From IMG/VR virus record IMGVR_UViG_3300043395_002432, positions 32,001 to 96,000 of that record: 64,000 bases of DNA; one strand, 5' to 3'. The notes under the pieces were generated by a model. The model ran no database searches, was not told the origin of the DNA, and saw only the letters and a list, made by a program, of their open reading frames with translations. Below are positions 28,028 to 36,626 of this stretch, one piece after another. This DNA is from a virus. How positions within the stretch are numbered: the stretch's first letter is position 1; each line of letters begins with the position of its first letter. The translations under genes were made by a program, and so were the position numbers.

Positions 28028-28492
28028 ATGAGGTGGTTTGAAGCAGATGGTGTCGCTACGGCGACAGCACCCATGAGCGATCATGTCGTGCTGCGTGCGA
28101 CGGTGACGAATTGGGTGGCGAGTCTCGCTGTTGAGGATCGGGGCGAAATCCGCTGTTTCCTCTGGAGCAAGGAGGGGCTTAGCATGGAGGAGGGGAAGCG
28201 GGCGATCTCGGAGGCGCTTGGTGACCTGGGACGAAAGCTGATCGACCGCGCAGATCCTCCGACCGTGCAGTGGGTTCAGGACGGAGGAATGACGAAGGGA
28301 AGGATCACGCACCAATGCTGCGGGGTAAGTGAGGACGTTGTGATCCATCTCATGCACGGAGAGGCGCTGGTGGCGCGAGTGGGGGGCTTGCTCCTCAAGG
28401 AGGAGGGAAAGCCCTGCATCTTCGATACCGTGGAAGAGGCGAAGATCGCCGCAGAGAAGGCAGTGGCGCGACTTCACCGGAGGAAGGAATGA
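28028..28492 (+). CDS. Hypothetical protein (plus-strand island gene 2)
   Basis: GAGGTG RBS; 154 aa. Confidence 0.65.
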   Translation: MRWFEADGVATATAPMSDHVVLRATVTNWVASLAVEDRGEIRCFLWSKEGLSMEEGKRAISEALGDLGRKLIDRADPPTVQWVQDGGMTKGRITHQCCGVSEDVVIHLMHGEALVARVGGLLLKEEGKPCIFDTVEEAKIAAEKAVARLHRRKE

Positions 28493-28692
28493 GAAAGCTC
28501 GAGGATCTCTCCCGCGAGGAGATGCATGCGCTCTTGCTCAAGGTGCGCGATCTCGTCGACGAGCTGCCGTCGTACACGCAGAAGTCTGACGACGGGAGCT
28601 TCATCTACGACCCCTACCTGTGCTGCTCGGGCCACGAAGGGGTGGGGCATGACGCTTGGTGCGTAGTGCGGAAGCTGAAGGAATTGCTTTAG
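28489..28692 (+). CDS. Hypothetical protein (plus-strand island gene 3)
   Basis: ATGA overlap with the previous gene; CC.GH....H..WC possible metal site. Confidence 0.65.
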   Translation: MRKLEDLSREEMHALLLKVRDLVDELPSYTQKSDDGSFIYDPYLCCSGHEGVGHDAWCVVRKLKELL

Positions 28693-28865
28693 AGCCGTTC
28701 CTGCCCTTTGCTGTGGGCGGCGAGCGATTCGATGATTCGCTCCCTACGCGAGATCGGCAGCTTCCAGAGTCCCTCGACGCTCATGTTGGAATACATGAGC
28801 GTCGCTTGGAGCTTCTCGATCCGCTCTACGGCGTCTTCACGACCGATACCCCGGTCATAAAAAAA
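28689..28865 (-). CDS. -1 frameshift extension of tail assembly chaperone (gpGT-like C-terminus)
   Basis: Open -1 frame after the T7 slip site: ...LWKLPISRRERII, resembling the '.LP..RR' motif of gpT-like tails. Confidence 0.75.
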   Translation of the reverse strand, partial: FFYDRGIGREDAVERIEKLQATLMYSNMSVEGLWKLPISRRERIIESLAAHSKGQERL

Positions 28866-29659
28866 GTGAGGACGTTGCCCACCAAGGGGATCTCTCCGTT
28901 CTCCCCGCAGGACGCGCAAGTGTACTTGCCCGAGGCGTCGAATTCGCCCCCGACCCCCTTCGCTGCCTTACGAATGGCAGCGATCTGGCGCACACTCAGC
29001 GCCCGGATGCGCTTCAGGATCTCTCCGATCTCCTCCTTCTTCTCGCCACGCACCACGGGGGTGCCTTGTAGCTCAGCGAGGTTGTGGGCGAGCGAGATCG
29101 ACGCATGGTGGTCGGGGAAGAAGGAATTGGCAGTTACCTCCCAGATCGCGTCCCGCACCACGGGAAGGCGGAGGCGAGCAAGCTGTGGTGCCTGGGGCGT
29201 GCTGACACACCAAGCAGGGTCTTCGTCAGCCTTCAGCGGGATCACCTCCAGCTCGGAGATGTCGAAGGAGTAGCGCCCATCGTTCTTGCACTTCGGACAA
29301 GTGATCGTGAAGTCCAGAACGTCCCCATGCGAAATGCGCGTCGCACCAAGAACGAGGTAGCTGAAGTCCTCCATCGGGAGGTTGAGGATCGCGTTCACCG
29401 AGAACGTCTGCGGAGGCTCCTCTCCGACGTCGTCGTCACAGCCAACGATCAGGCGACTGAGGACGAGCGCGATCCGCCGATACATCTCCTCGGTGGGGAT
29501 CTTCCCGTCCTTAGGCCGAATGGCGAGAATGTCCTGCTCCTCACCCGTCATCTCCCGCAGGCGGAACTTGCGAAGTCGAACATTGGTGCCGTCCTTCTTC
29601 GTCCAAAGGTAGCCGCAAGGCAGCTCGACCATGTCGTGTGAACTTAGCGTTGGTTCCAT
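28826..29659 (-). CDS. Tail assembly chaperone / T4 gp26-like hub assembly protein
   Basis: LREMTGEEQDIL, D..YL....RIS.G, CPKC and CASCG pairs, ending in FF; located between tube and tape measure. Confidence 0.8.
   Translation of the reverse strand: MEPTLSSHDMVELPCGYLWTKKDGTNVRLRKFRLREMTGEEQDILAIRPKDGKIPTEEMYRRIALVLSRLIVGCDDDVGEEPPQTFSVNAILNLPMEDFSYLVLGATRISHGDVLDFTITCPKCKNDGRYSFDISELEVIPLKADEDPAWCVSTPQAPQLARLRLPVVRDAIWEVTANSFFPDHHASISLAHNLAELQGTPVVRGEKKEEIGEILKRIRALSVRQIAAIRKAAKGVGGEFDASGKYTCASCGENGEIPLVGNVLTFFMTGVSVVKTP
28859..28865 (-). other. Programmed -1 ribosomal frameshift slippery site T TTT TTT
   Basis: ACT TTT TTT ATG (0 frame) versus CAC TTT TTT TAT (-1 frame); a 7-T run in a GC-rich gene. 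Confidence 0.78.
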
Positions 29660-29682
29660 GAATGCTCCCTCCTCAGATCCTA

Positions 29683-29721
29683 ACAAGAAGGGGGGACAGC
29701 ACCAAGCCATCCCCCCCCCTC
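29683..29721 (-). terminator. Terminator-like hairpin with CTTGGTG across its loop
   Basis: G-run/GATGGC-TTGGT-GCTGTC/C-run stem followed by TTCTTGTT. Confidence 0.55.
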
Positions 29722-29741
29722 GACGAATTCGAATTCGCTGC

Positions 29742-30644
29742 TTAGTGCGGAGTCAAGATCACCGTGTAGGTGCCAGCACCGGGCTGGTGCTTCCAGCCGT
29801 AAGCCGTGTTCGCCGTGGAGTTCTTCTGGATCAGCGACTTGTACGCCGCCGAGATCTTCTTGCTGACCTCCTCCTTCGAAGCTCCGGTCACCACCACGTT
29901 GTTCCCCTCGACCTTCGCACCAAGGATCGCCGCAAGCTCCTTGCTGAAGAACTGACGCGCCTCCTCTACAGGCTCCTCCACGCTCTCCTGCACCTTAGAA
30001 GCCTTCGCACGAAGGATCTTCGCAGAGGCAAGCGCGTCCTGCGCGAGGGCGTTGAGACGATCACGCGCCTCCTCGAACGGGTCGACGATGTTGGTGATGG
30101 CAAGGAGCAGACGCTTCTTGGTGAAGGCCGCGTCAATGACGGGCTTCTTCTTGTCCACGGCAGCAGCCAGAGCGGCGTCGCTGGACACCGACCTCGGCTT
30201 CCCTGGCGCATCTTGGAGCATGAGCGCCTCAGGGCTGAGCGCGTAGATCGGCTTCATGGCCGAAGCGAAGCTCCCCTGCGTCTTCGTCTTGATCTCCCTG
30301 GCTGCCGCCTCCAGCCCCTCCGCGAAGGCGATCAGTTGCTTGCGGCTCAGATCCTCCAGCGGGATTCCCATGAAGTCAGTCGGAAGCCCAGACCCCTTGT
30401 TCTTCGCAACCACCGCCTCAGTGTCCTTGTGCCGCTCGTTCTCGCGCTTGGCAGCCGCCTCCGGGGCGTCAGGATCGAAGGAACCGGGCGGATCGTCAGC
30501 CTGCTTGAACGCCTCCTCGACCTCCTCCTCCTCGTCCTCCTCGCCACCAACGTCGTCCAGATCCACCTCCTCGCTCTCAGGATCTTCCCCGCATGTGCCG
30601 TCGCACATAGCGCATTCTGCCAGATTCAGTACGCGATTCGACAT
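29742..30644 (-). CDS. Hypothetical protein, possible internal head protein
   Basis: MSNRVLNLAEC leader, CxxCxxxC, acidic tract, Ala/Lys-rich helices. Confidence 0.6.
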   Translation of the reverse strand: MSNRVLNLAECAMCDGTCGEDPESEEVDLDDVGGEEDEEEEVEEAFKQADDPPGSFDPDAPEAAAKRENERHKDTEAVVAKNKGSGLPTDFMGIPLEDLSRKQLIAFAEGLEAAAREIKTKTQGSFASAMKPIYALSPEALMLQDAPGKPRSVSSDAALAAAVDKKKPVIDAAFTKKRLLLAITNIVDPFEEARDRLNALAQDALASAKILRAKASKVQESVEEPVEEARQFFSKELAAILGAKVEGNNVVVTGASKEEVSKKISAAYKSLIQKNSTANTAYGWKHQPGAGTYTVILTPH

Positions 30645-30689
30645 GACCGTATCCTCCTGAAGGAGCATAGACAGGAATGGGGCTTTTCG

Positions 30690-31238
30690 TCAAACCAACG
30701 CACCAGCAGCCACCTCCGTAAAGGCATGCGGCTGCACCGTGAGCGAAAGCATCGTAATATCCCCAGAAGAAGCGTCCAAATCCCCTGGAGTGTAATTCGT
30801 CGGAATACAGTCCCACAAGATCCATGAACGCGCAGGCAGCTTGGTGACCCCTGGGATCGGAACACCAACAGAGAGGCTCCCGCCCAAGCCAAACGGAAGC
30901 TGGTTCCCAGGCATGAGCTGGATCACCAAGAGGTTCCTGCGAAATTGATCGATCCCATTGATCGAACGCTCGACCCAACGGTAAAAGTCCGTGTCGTCCG
31001 CACGCGCTCCGCGCTCGAACGTCACAGGATTGACTTGCGCCCCCGTGACGTAAGGGGTGGAGTAGTGACTGTTCAGGGGGCGATTCTGCTCGGTCTCGAC
31101 CTCCAGTCCGATCCCCGAGACGCGAGCGCAGCCGATGGAGGGCATCAGCACGAAGAAGGGGGGATTGAGGTTCGGGCTGATATCGCAGACCACGAAGCGA
31201 AATCCACCAATGTGATCCCGCCAACGCTCTCTTGGCAT
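30690..31238 (-). CDS. Tail tube protein paralogue (T4 gp19-like)
   Basis: FRFVV, VTFERG....D.DFY.W, W.L.DC.PT.Y..GDLDASS..I.ML.LT. Confidence 0.88.
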   Translation of the reverse strand: MPRERWRDHIGGFRFVVCDISPNLNPPFFVLMPSIGCARVSGIGLEVETEQNRPLNSHYSTPYVTGAQVNPVTFERGARADDTDFYRWVERSINGIDQFRRNLLVIQLMPGNQLPFGLGGSLSVGVPIPGVTKLPARSWILWDCIPTNYTPGDLDASSGDITMLSLTVQPHAFTEVAAGALV

Positions 31239-31263
31239 TCGCTCCTCCGCGAATTCGAATTCG

Positions 31264-31719
31264 TTAGGCCGGGGTCGTCACCCACGAGTCGCCGTCCCGT
31301 GCCACGGGAATCCCCGCGAGCCGCAGCGCCCTCCGAACCTCCTCCGTCGACACCAAGTCCGAAACGACGACCGAGATCTGCATGCGCTTCTCGCCCGCGT
31401 CGGAGTCCTCGATGGAGAGGTCAGCCTCCTTCCCGATGCGGATTCCGTCCGTCTGGTAGAAACGCACCGTAGCCGAAAGATCCCGCACGACCTTCTCGAT
31501 CTTCAGCGCGCTGCCCCAGAGTGAATCCATCTGGTGCGAGAGCGAACGAACTGTCACAGGAAGGAGCATCCGGGCGCGAAGGATGATCTCCGTCCCAGGC
31601 ATGGAGGAATGCCTGCTCGTCTCGCTCCAGGGACGCACCAAGTACTCCCGAACTACACGCCCAGGGGTCACGTCCTCGTCGAGGGAAATCTCTTGCAGCC
31701 GAAGGAGAAGGTCGCGCAT
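31264..31719 (-). CDS. Hypothetical protein with LxE-type leader
   Basis: MRDLLLRLQEISLDED start; GAGG RBS. Confidence 0.6.
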   Translation of the reverse strand: MRDLLLRLQEISLDEDVTPGRVVREYLVRPWSETSRHSSMPGTEIILRARMLLPVTVRSLSHQMDSLWGSALKIEKVVRDLSATVRFYQTDGIRIGKEADLSIEDSDAGEKRMQISVVVSDLVSTEEVRRALRLAGIPVARDGDSWVTTPA

Positions 31720-31772
31720 CAGGGTTCCTCTTGAGAGGGGAATTACACCAAAAGCAACTCCTGCCAAGATTC

Positions 31773-32363
31773 CTACACCAAGTCCTCACGACTCGCCTGA
31801 TCGATGGAGACGTGATTCACGACCAATGAGACGTTGCGGATCGGGATTGTGCGGTTCAATGGCGGAAGGTTTCGGATCTTTCCCTTCACGTCGTCATTCA
31901 ATGCGCCCGAGGGAAGGTAGCCAAGCGTCAGGTGCGGCCTGTACCGCAAGTACTGCTTCGAGACGTTTAGCGGATTGAACGCATGCACAAGCGCCATGTG
32001 GAGCGCATGCAGGTACGCAGAGGACACCGTGAGGATGATCGGGTTCGGCTTGCCCGCAGGCGCGTCGAACCACGAAATCGAATGCACCAAGAGGTCTCGC
32101 GGCTCAAGAAGGAGCGCAGGACGAAGGCTCTGGATCGCCTCTCGAAAGGCTTTGGTGTACGCCTCGACGTCCACACCCATGAGCGAATCCTTCGCGTAGT
32201 AGAGCGTCACATGCGCCCGCTCCCCGTCACTCTCGAGCGCAGGAAGGTTCCGCCACAACGAAAGCGCCTCCGAACGAAACCGCTCGTCGACGTATGACCC
32301 CACGAAGACGCTGTCCTCGGGCGTCAGGCTCGCCTCAAGCAGCTCGCGGAGAAGGCGCATCAC
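31773..32363 (-). CDS. 2H phosphoesterase (2'-5' RNA ligase/LigT family; Acb1-like candidate)
   Basis: Two HxT motifs: AHVTLYY and YRPHLTLGY. Confidence 0.85.
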   Translation of the reverse strand: MMRLLRELLEASLTPEDSVFVGSYVDERFRSEALSLWRNLPALESDGERAHVTLYYAKDSLMGVDVEAYTKAFREAIQSLRPALLLEPRDLLVHSISWFDAPAGKPNPIILTVSSAYLHALHMALVHAFNPLNVSKQYLRYRPHLTLGYLPSGALNDDVKGKIRNLPPLNRTIPIRNVSLVVNHVSIDQASREDLV

Positions 32364-32854
32364 TCACTCGGAAGGAATTGCTCAATGCTCTCGCAAGCAA
32401 TCGTCAACTCCGCCACGGAGACGTCCGCCGAAGTCGCGTCCAGATCCCCACCCGGCTTCATCTCGGTCGGAAACGCCTCGTAGCACACATAGCGACGGGC
32501 CTTGTTCCGATCCCACACCCCATTGGTCTTTCCGTCGCGGGGGAACTGGTAGATCGTCACGTCCGCACGATACTCGTCCCCATTCACCACGCGCATCATC
32601 CAGTCGTAGAACGCCGAAGAACGCTTGGCGATCCCCTTGTTCAGCGTCACGTCCCCGACCGTGGGCGCACCTGGGTACTTCTTGGTGTACGTGTCCGTAC
32701 CCTCCTTGTACTCCACGGGGTCAATCGAGATGTTCGGAATCGAGCAATTCTGAAAGCCCCCCTGAGGCTCAGTCGGCTCCATCCCATAGCCGTTATTGGT
32801 GACGACCTGAAACCGATGCCCCTGCATGAGGTCGGTGGCTTGCGCTCGCGGCAT
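32360..32854 (-). CDS. Tail tube protein (T4 gp19-like)
   Basis: GFQNCS......VEYKEG......KYPG.....DVTL.KG...FYDW...EAFP...DLDATS.DV.V.EL.IA.E. Confidence 0.95.
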   Translation of the reverse strand: MPRAQATDLMQGHRFQVVTNNGYGMEPTEPQGGFQNCSIPNISIDPVEYKEGTDTYTKKYPGAPTVGDVTLNKGIAKRSSAFYDWMMRVVNGDEYRADVTIYQFPRDGKTNGVWDRNKARRYVCYEAFPTEMKPGGDLDATSADVSVAELTIACESIEQFLPSE

Positions 32855-32901
32855 GCGTTTCCCCTTCTCTTAGGGTTGCTTACTCGGGTACGCCAGGAAA
32901 A

Positions 32902-33492
32902 TCACGAACTCACGACAGGGCTTACCGAAATCTCAAGAACGCCAGCACCCGTGAGCGCCACCGCAGTTGCGCCGTCCGAAGCCACCACCTTGAGCTTCCA
33001 GCCAGAAGGAACGTGCATCTCATCCTGATTGTCGAAGATCAGGATCTGATCACTCTCAACCTCCCGAAGAAGGATCTCGACCCCAGATCCCCCCCACTCC
33101 GTCTGCTCGGCGGAAGGGGACACCTCCTTCGAGACGAATCCAGGCGTGGCGTTGGTGCTGTAGAACGGGTCAGTGAAGTCCACCGCATACACACGAATCC
33201 ACGTCGCCCCAGGAAACCTCCCCATGAGGCTCGTAATCTTCCAGTGCGGCCACTTCGTGAGAGGCCAATCCGGTAGGACGTCCTTAGGCTTCACCCCCTC
33301 AAGAAAGCCGTAATTCAAGTCGACCAGCCCCCCGGTGATCGCCCCAGACCCAGCGGCAGGCCGACTCCAGAGTTTCCCACCAACAAGCGTCTGAACCACG
33401 TCGTCAGCCGCTGGGCCATACTCCGTGCCGTCCACCGTGTCGTCGACGCGGAAGCTGTAGCGAAACATGTGCGGAATCTTGCTCAACGCCAT
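32902..33492 (-). CDS. Putative virion protein
   Basis: 196 aa between sheath and tube; strong RBS. Confidence 0.55.
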   Translation of the reverse strand: MALSKIPHMFRYSFRVDDTVDGTEYGPAADDVVQTLVGGKLWSRPAAGSGAITGGLVDLNYGFLEGVKPKDVLPDWPLTKWPHWKITSLMGRFPGATWIRVYAVDFTDPFYSTNATPGFVSKEVSPSAEQTEWGGSGVEILLREVESDQILIFDNQDEMHVPSGWKLKVVASDGATAVALTGAGVLEISVSPVVSS

Positions 33493-33558
33493 GTGTACCT
33501 CTCGCTCCTCATAGCCGCCTTCGCAGACGAAGCAAAGAAGGCAGGGTCTGCCCTGCCT

Positions 33559-33612
33559 CCTTCGTGCCTTCGTGGCGTGCCTTCGTGGCGTGCCTTCGTG
33601 GCGTGCTTGGTG
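33559..33612. repeat. Tandem 13-bp repeat CCTTCGTGGCGTG x3 plus partial copies
   Basis: Units at 33567, 33580 and 33593, preceded by CCTTCGTG and followed by CTTGGTG; adjacent hairpin GGCAGGG-TCTG-CCCTGCC. Confidence 0.9.
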
Positions 33613-33804
33613 CTACTTCTTCAGGCTGTTGATCAGCTCAATCGAGCTGGGATGCAGCAAGTAGAGCGGATCGTTCACCCCGTCGAAACGGGCGTCAATG
33701 TGCCGCGAAAGCTCACCGACCGCAATGGTCGCCGCCTGAATCGCAGCGAGCTGCTCCCGCTTGTGGGCGTCCTGAGCTGCCTTGAGTGCGTCATTGTCTG
33801 CCAT
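33613..33804 (-). CDS. Small hypothetical protein
   Basis: GAGGAG RBS; 63 aa. Confidence 0.6.
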   Translation of the reverse strand: MADNDALKAAQDAHKREQLAAIQAATIAVGELSRHIDARFDGVNDPLYLLHPSSIELINSLKK

Positions 33805-33873
33805 TTGATTCTCCTCGATGCTCCTGTGGGTAACTCAGGCACCAAGATCGAGCCAACGACGAAGTCGAATTCG

Positions 33874-36252
33874 TCAGCTCGTCGAGCTGCCCGCTCCCTG
33901 CAGCCCGACGCGAGCCACGATGAACTCAGCCGCCGCATTCGGACGGAACCGAACGTCAGCCGTCAACCGACCCTGCGCCACCTCCGCTGCCGGGTTGTTG
34001 CTGTCGTTGCAGATCACCGAGTAGCCCTCCGCAGCCGACGCCCCGTAGAACCAGCCCAGGTTCCGCAGCCGCTCCATGTACGAGGTGATCTCCAACGTGA
34101 TCTGCGAGCGCAGCGCAGGAGTGTTCGGCTCAAACACCTTCGGCAGCAGGATCTGCCGCATGTTCAGCTTCACCACCGCAAGCATGCGCGCCACATGGAT
34201 CATGCCGTAGTCCCCGTTCCGCTCCATCGTGTTCGCACCAAAGACCACAGGATCTTGGTACTGCGCCAGATACCGAATCACGTTGATCTGGTGCGACCGA
34301 AGCTGCCCAGCCTCCGCGTCCGAGACCTCATACGCAAGCTGCACCACCAAGGACAACCGCCCGTCCGCCACACCGGCAGGAGCCTTCATCGCACCACGCG
34401 CAGAATCCGTCCGCGAGATCACACCAGCCGCATGGAATACCGGAGGGAGCAGCCGAGAGCGATTCGTCGCCGGATCAATCACGTACTTCCAGGGCCAGTA
34501 CATATGGCCCTCAAGCGCCTCAGGGCGGTTCACCTGACGCTTGTACGCAATCGCTTGCGTCGGCGTATACCCCGAAGGCGGGCAGATCACCGCAAACCGA
34601 TCCGTGTTCTCCCGAGCGTGACAGTAGTCCAGCAACGCCTGATCCACCGCCTTCACCCCGGTGAAGTCAGGGAAGATCACCATCAGCACCTCATTCAACC
34701 GCTCCGTCGCGTAGATGCCCTTCCGATCCGCCTGGATCGCCGTCCCGATCACCTCCGCACTGGTGATCGCGCTCCCGTCGTCCCCACCAGAGAGCCGCAA
34801 CGTCCAGGGGCTGGAGGCGTCGTTCACGGGAGCAGCGAAGTAGACCGCGCTGATCGCCCCCCCGTCCTTCACCTCCGCCTCGAACGTCAACGAGAACTCC
34901 CCCGTCGTGTAGTCAATCGTCCCCGTGCCGTCGCCAGTGAACCCACCAAAGCCGTCGTCCGTCAACGTCATGGTGCTGTCGTCCGACTCCTTCAACGCCG
35001 TGAACACCAAGGAGCCAGAGTAGACCGCATTCGAGAGCGTCCCCGCAAACTCCAGCGTCGCCCCGTCTCCAGCCAACGCCGTCCCCGCGTCGCCTGCAGC
35101 ATCCTCCTCCACCGAGACCCCTGAAAGCTCCGAAGGAACCCCAGCGTGGATCTCCGTCACCGAGAAGTACTCAGAGCCGTTCGTGGCGTCATTCAGGACG
35201 TTCACGATGTAGTTCTCGCTGTCCGTGTTGTCGGTCAGCGACACCAAGAACGTCTCCGCCACCGCCCACGAGCCGTTCGCGTCCAACACCTCCACCACCA
35301 AGTTCCACCGCGTGAACGACGCCGAATCCGCATCCTCGTAGCCCTCCAACCCAGAGAGCTTGATCCGGCAGTCATTCCCATACGCACCAACGTGATCCAT
35401 CGTCAGAAGGAAGAGCTTCTTGCGGTACACCACAGAGACCACGTAGTCGTCCGCAGGCGCATTCGAGAACGTCACCGCAAGCGCCCCGGTCGTGTAGTTG
35501 ATCGACCCCGTCGCCCCACTCTGGAGCGCGCCTTCACCGTCGTCCGTCACCGTGATCTCAGGCCCGTAGTACCGATACGTCGCCGTGATCGCCGTCGACG
35601 CCCCAGGAAGATCGCCAGTCAGGTCAATGTAGATCTCACCCGTCGTCCGGTTCAAGGTGGTGTTCTCAGGCGTCCCGTCCCCCTCAACAGAGCCGTCCGC
35701 CGCAATCGTCTGAGACTTCGCAACGCCACCAGACGTCCACTCGATCAGGACGTCCCCCGTCGTCACCCCAGGGTGCGCCAAGGTGCCAGAGAACGCCGCA
35801 TCCCCACCAGCGTCCGAATCCAGAACCTCGTCTGTCACCAAGAGCGCACGCTGGTACACGATCTCAAGACTCCCAGGGAGGATCGGCACGCCAGCCAACG
35901 TCTTGCTCCCCGTCGTGTCCGAACCATCCCCCGTCATGAGCGTCTCCGTCACCTCCGTCGAGATGTACGCAGTCGCCGCCACAGCGTCGTCAGACGCCAC
36001 CCGCACCACCACCAAGCGCGAGCCACCGTTCTGGAAGAAGACATACGCAGCCAGCGGAGCCGTCAACGTGGTGCTGAAGGTGCCAAAGACCCGCTGAAAC
36101 TCCTCCCACGAAGTGATCACCGTAGGAGTATTCAGCGGCCCCTTCGGCGTCGCCCCAATCAAGGCCAACCCCGAAGTCGAAACCGCCGTCGAGACCGCCT
36201 GGGCCAACGGTACTGTCAAGGTGCGAACGCCCGGTGTGTTCGAAGCAGGCAT
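33874..36252 (-). CDS. Contractile tail sheath protein
   Basis: TPGV, IG.T.KGPLNTPT.ITSWEEF...FG, FFQNGG; C-terminal YWPW, AG.I.RTD..RG..KAPAG, VFEPN, PAEF-like end. Confidence 0.97.
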   Translation of the reverse strand: MPASNTPGVRTLTVPLAQAVSTAVSTSGLALIGATPKGPLNTPTVITSWEEFQRVFGTFSTTLTAPLAAYVFFQNGGSRLVVVRVASDDAVAATAYISTEVTETLMTGDGSDTTGSKTLAGVPILPGSLEIVYQRALLVTDEVLDSDAGGDAAFSGTLAHPGVTTGDVLIEWTSGGVAKSQTIAADGSVEGDGTPENTTLNRTTGEIYIDLTGDLPGASTAITATYRYYGPEITVTDDGEGALQSGATGSINYTTGALAVTFSNAPADDYVVSVVYRKKLFLLTMDHVGAYGNDCRIKLSGLEGYEDADSASFTRWNLVVEVLDANGSWAVAETFLVSLTDNTDSENYIVNVLNDATNGSEYFSVTEIHAGVPSELSGVSVEEDAAGDAGTALAGDGATLEFAGTLSNAVYSGSLVFTALKESDDSTMTLTDDGFGGFTGDGTGTIDYTTGEFSLTFEAEVKDGGAISAVYFAAPVNDASSPWTLRLSGGDDGSAITSAEVIGTAIQADRKGIYATERLNEVLMVIFPDFTGVKAVDQALLDYCHARENTDRFAVICPPSGYTPTQAIAYKRQVNRPEALEGHMYWPWKYVIDPATNRSRLLPPVFHAAGVISRTDSARGAMKAPAGVADGRLSLVVQLAYEVSDAEAGQLRSHQINVIRYLAQYQDPVVFGANTMERNGDYGMIHVARMLAVVKLNMRQILLPKVFEPNTPALRSQITLEITSYMERLRNLGWFYGASAAEGYSVICNDSNNPAAEVAQGRLTADVRFRPNAAAEFIVARVGLQGAGSSTS

Positions 36253-36435
36253 GCTCTTAGATCCTCACGCTAAGATCGCCTTTACCCGACGAGAGCCAAA
36301 AAGCAAACCCAGCCGACGAAGTCGAATTCGCTGCCGCAGGAAATTTTCGAAGAGCTTCGAATGCGGTCTGCACCAAGACCTCGAATGCGGCTGTGGGAGG
36401 GGTTGGGGAGGGTGAGGAGACCACCGCCGCTATAA

Positions 36436-36626
36436 GAGTGTCTTAGTTCGGGAAAACTTTGACCGCGATCAACGCCAGTTTTCAGATCGTACTTTCGGAC
36501 GACACGCACGGCGAGGAGAGCCGACCGACGCGAGCGGGAGGAGCGGCCCGCCGAAGCCCCGACAGCCCGAGTAAGGAGTGTCTTAGTTCGGGAAGACGAA
36601 ACCTGGGAACAAGGCCAGATTTCAGA
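36436..36626. repeat. Duplicated bipartite element GAGTGTCTTAGTTCGGGAA-N19-GCCAG[T/A]TTTCAGA, 140-bp period
   Basis: Exact 19-mers at 36436 and 36576; near-exact 13-mers at 36474 and 36614; unrelated 19-nt spacers. Confidence 0.85.

Noticed and set aside
1111-36252. Bacterial eCIS, tailocin or T6SS locus
   Set aside because: Capsid, portal, protease and terminase in the same gene string show a complete phage.
36436-36594. Mini CRISPR array
   Set aside because: Only two 19-bp repeats with 121 bp between them, and no cas genes in the window.
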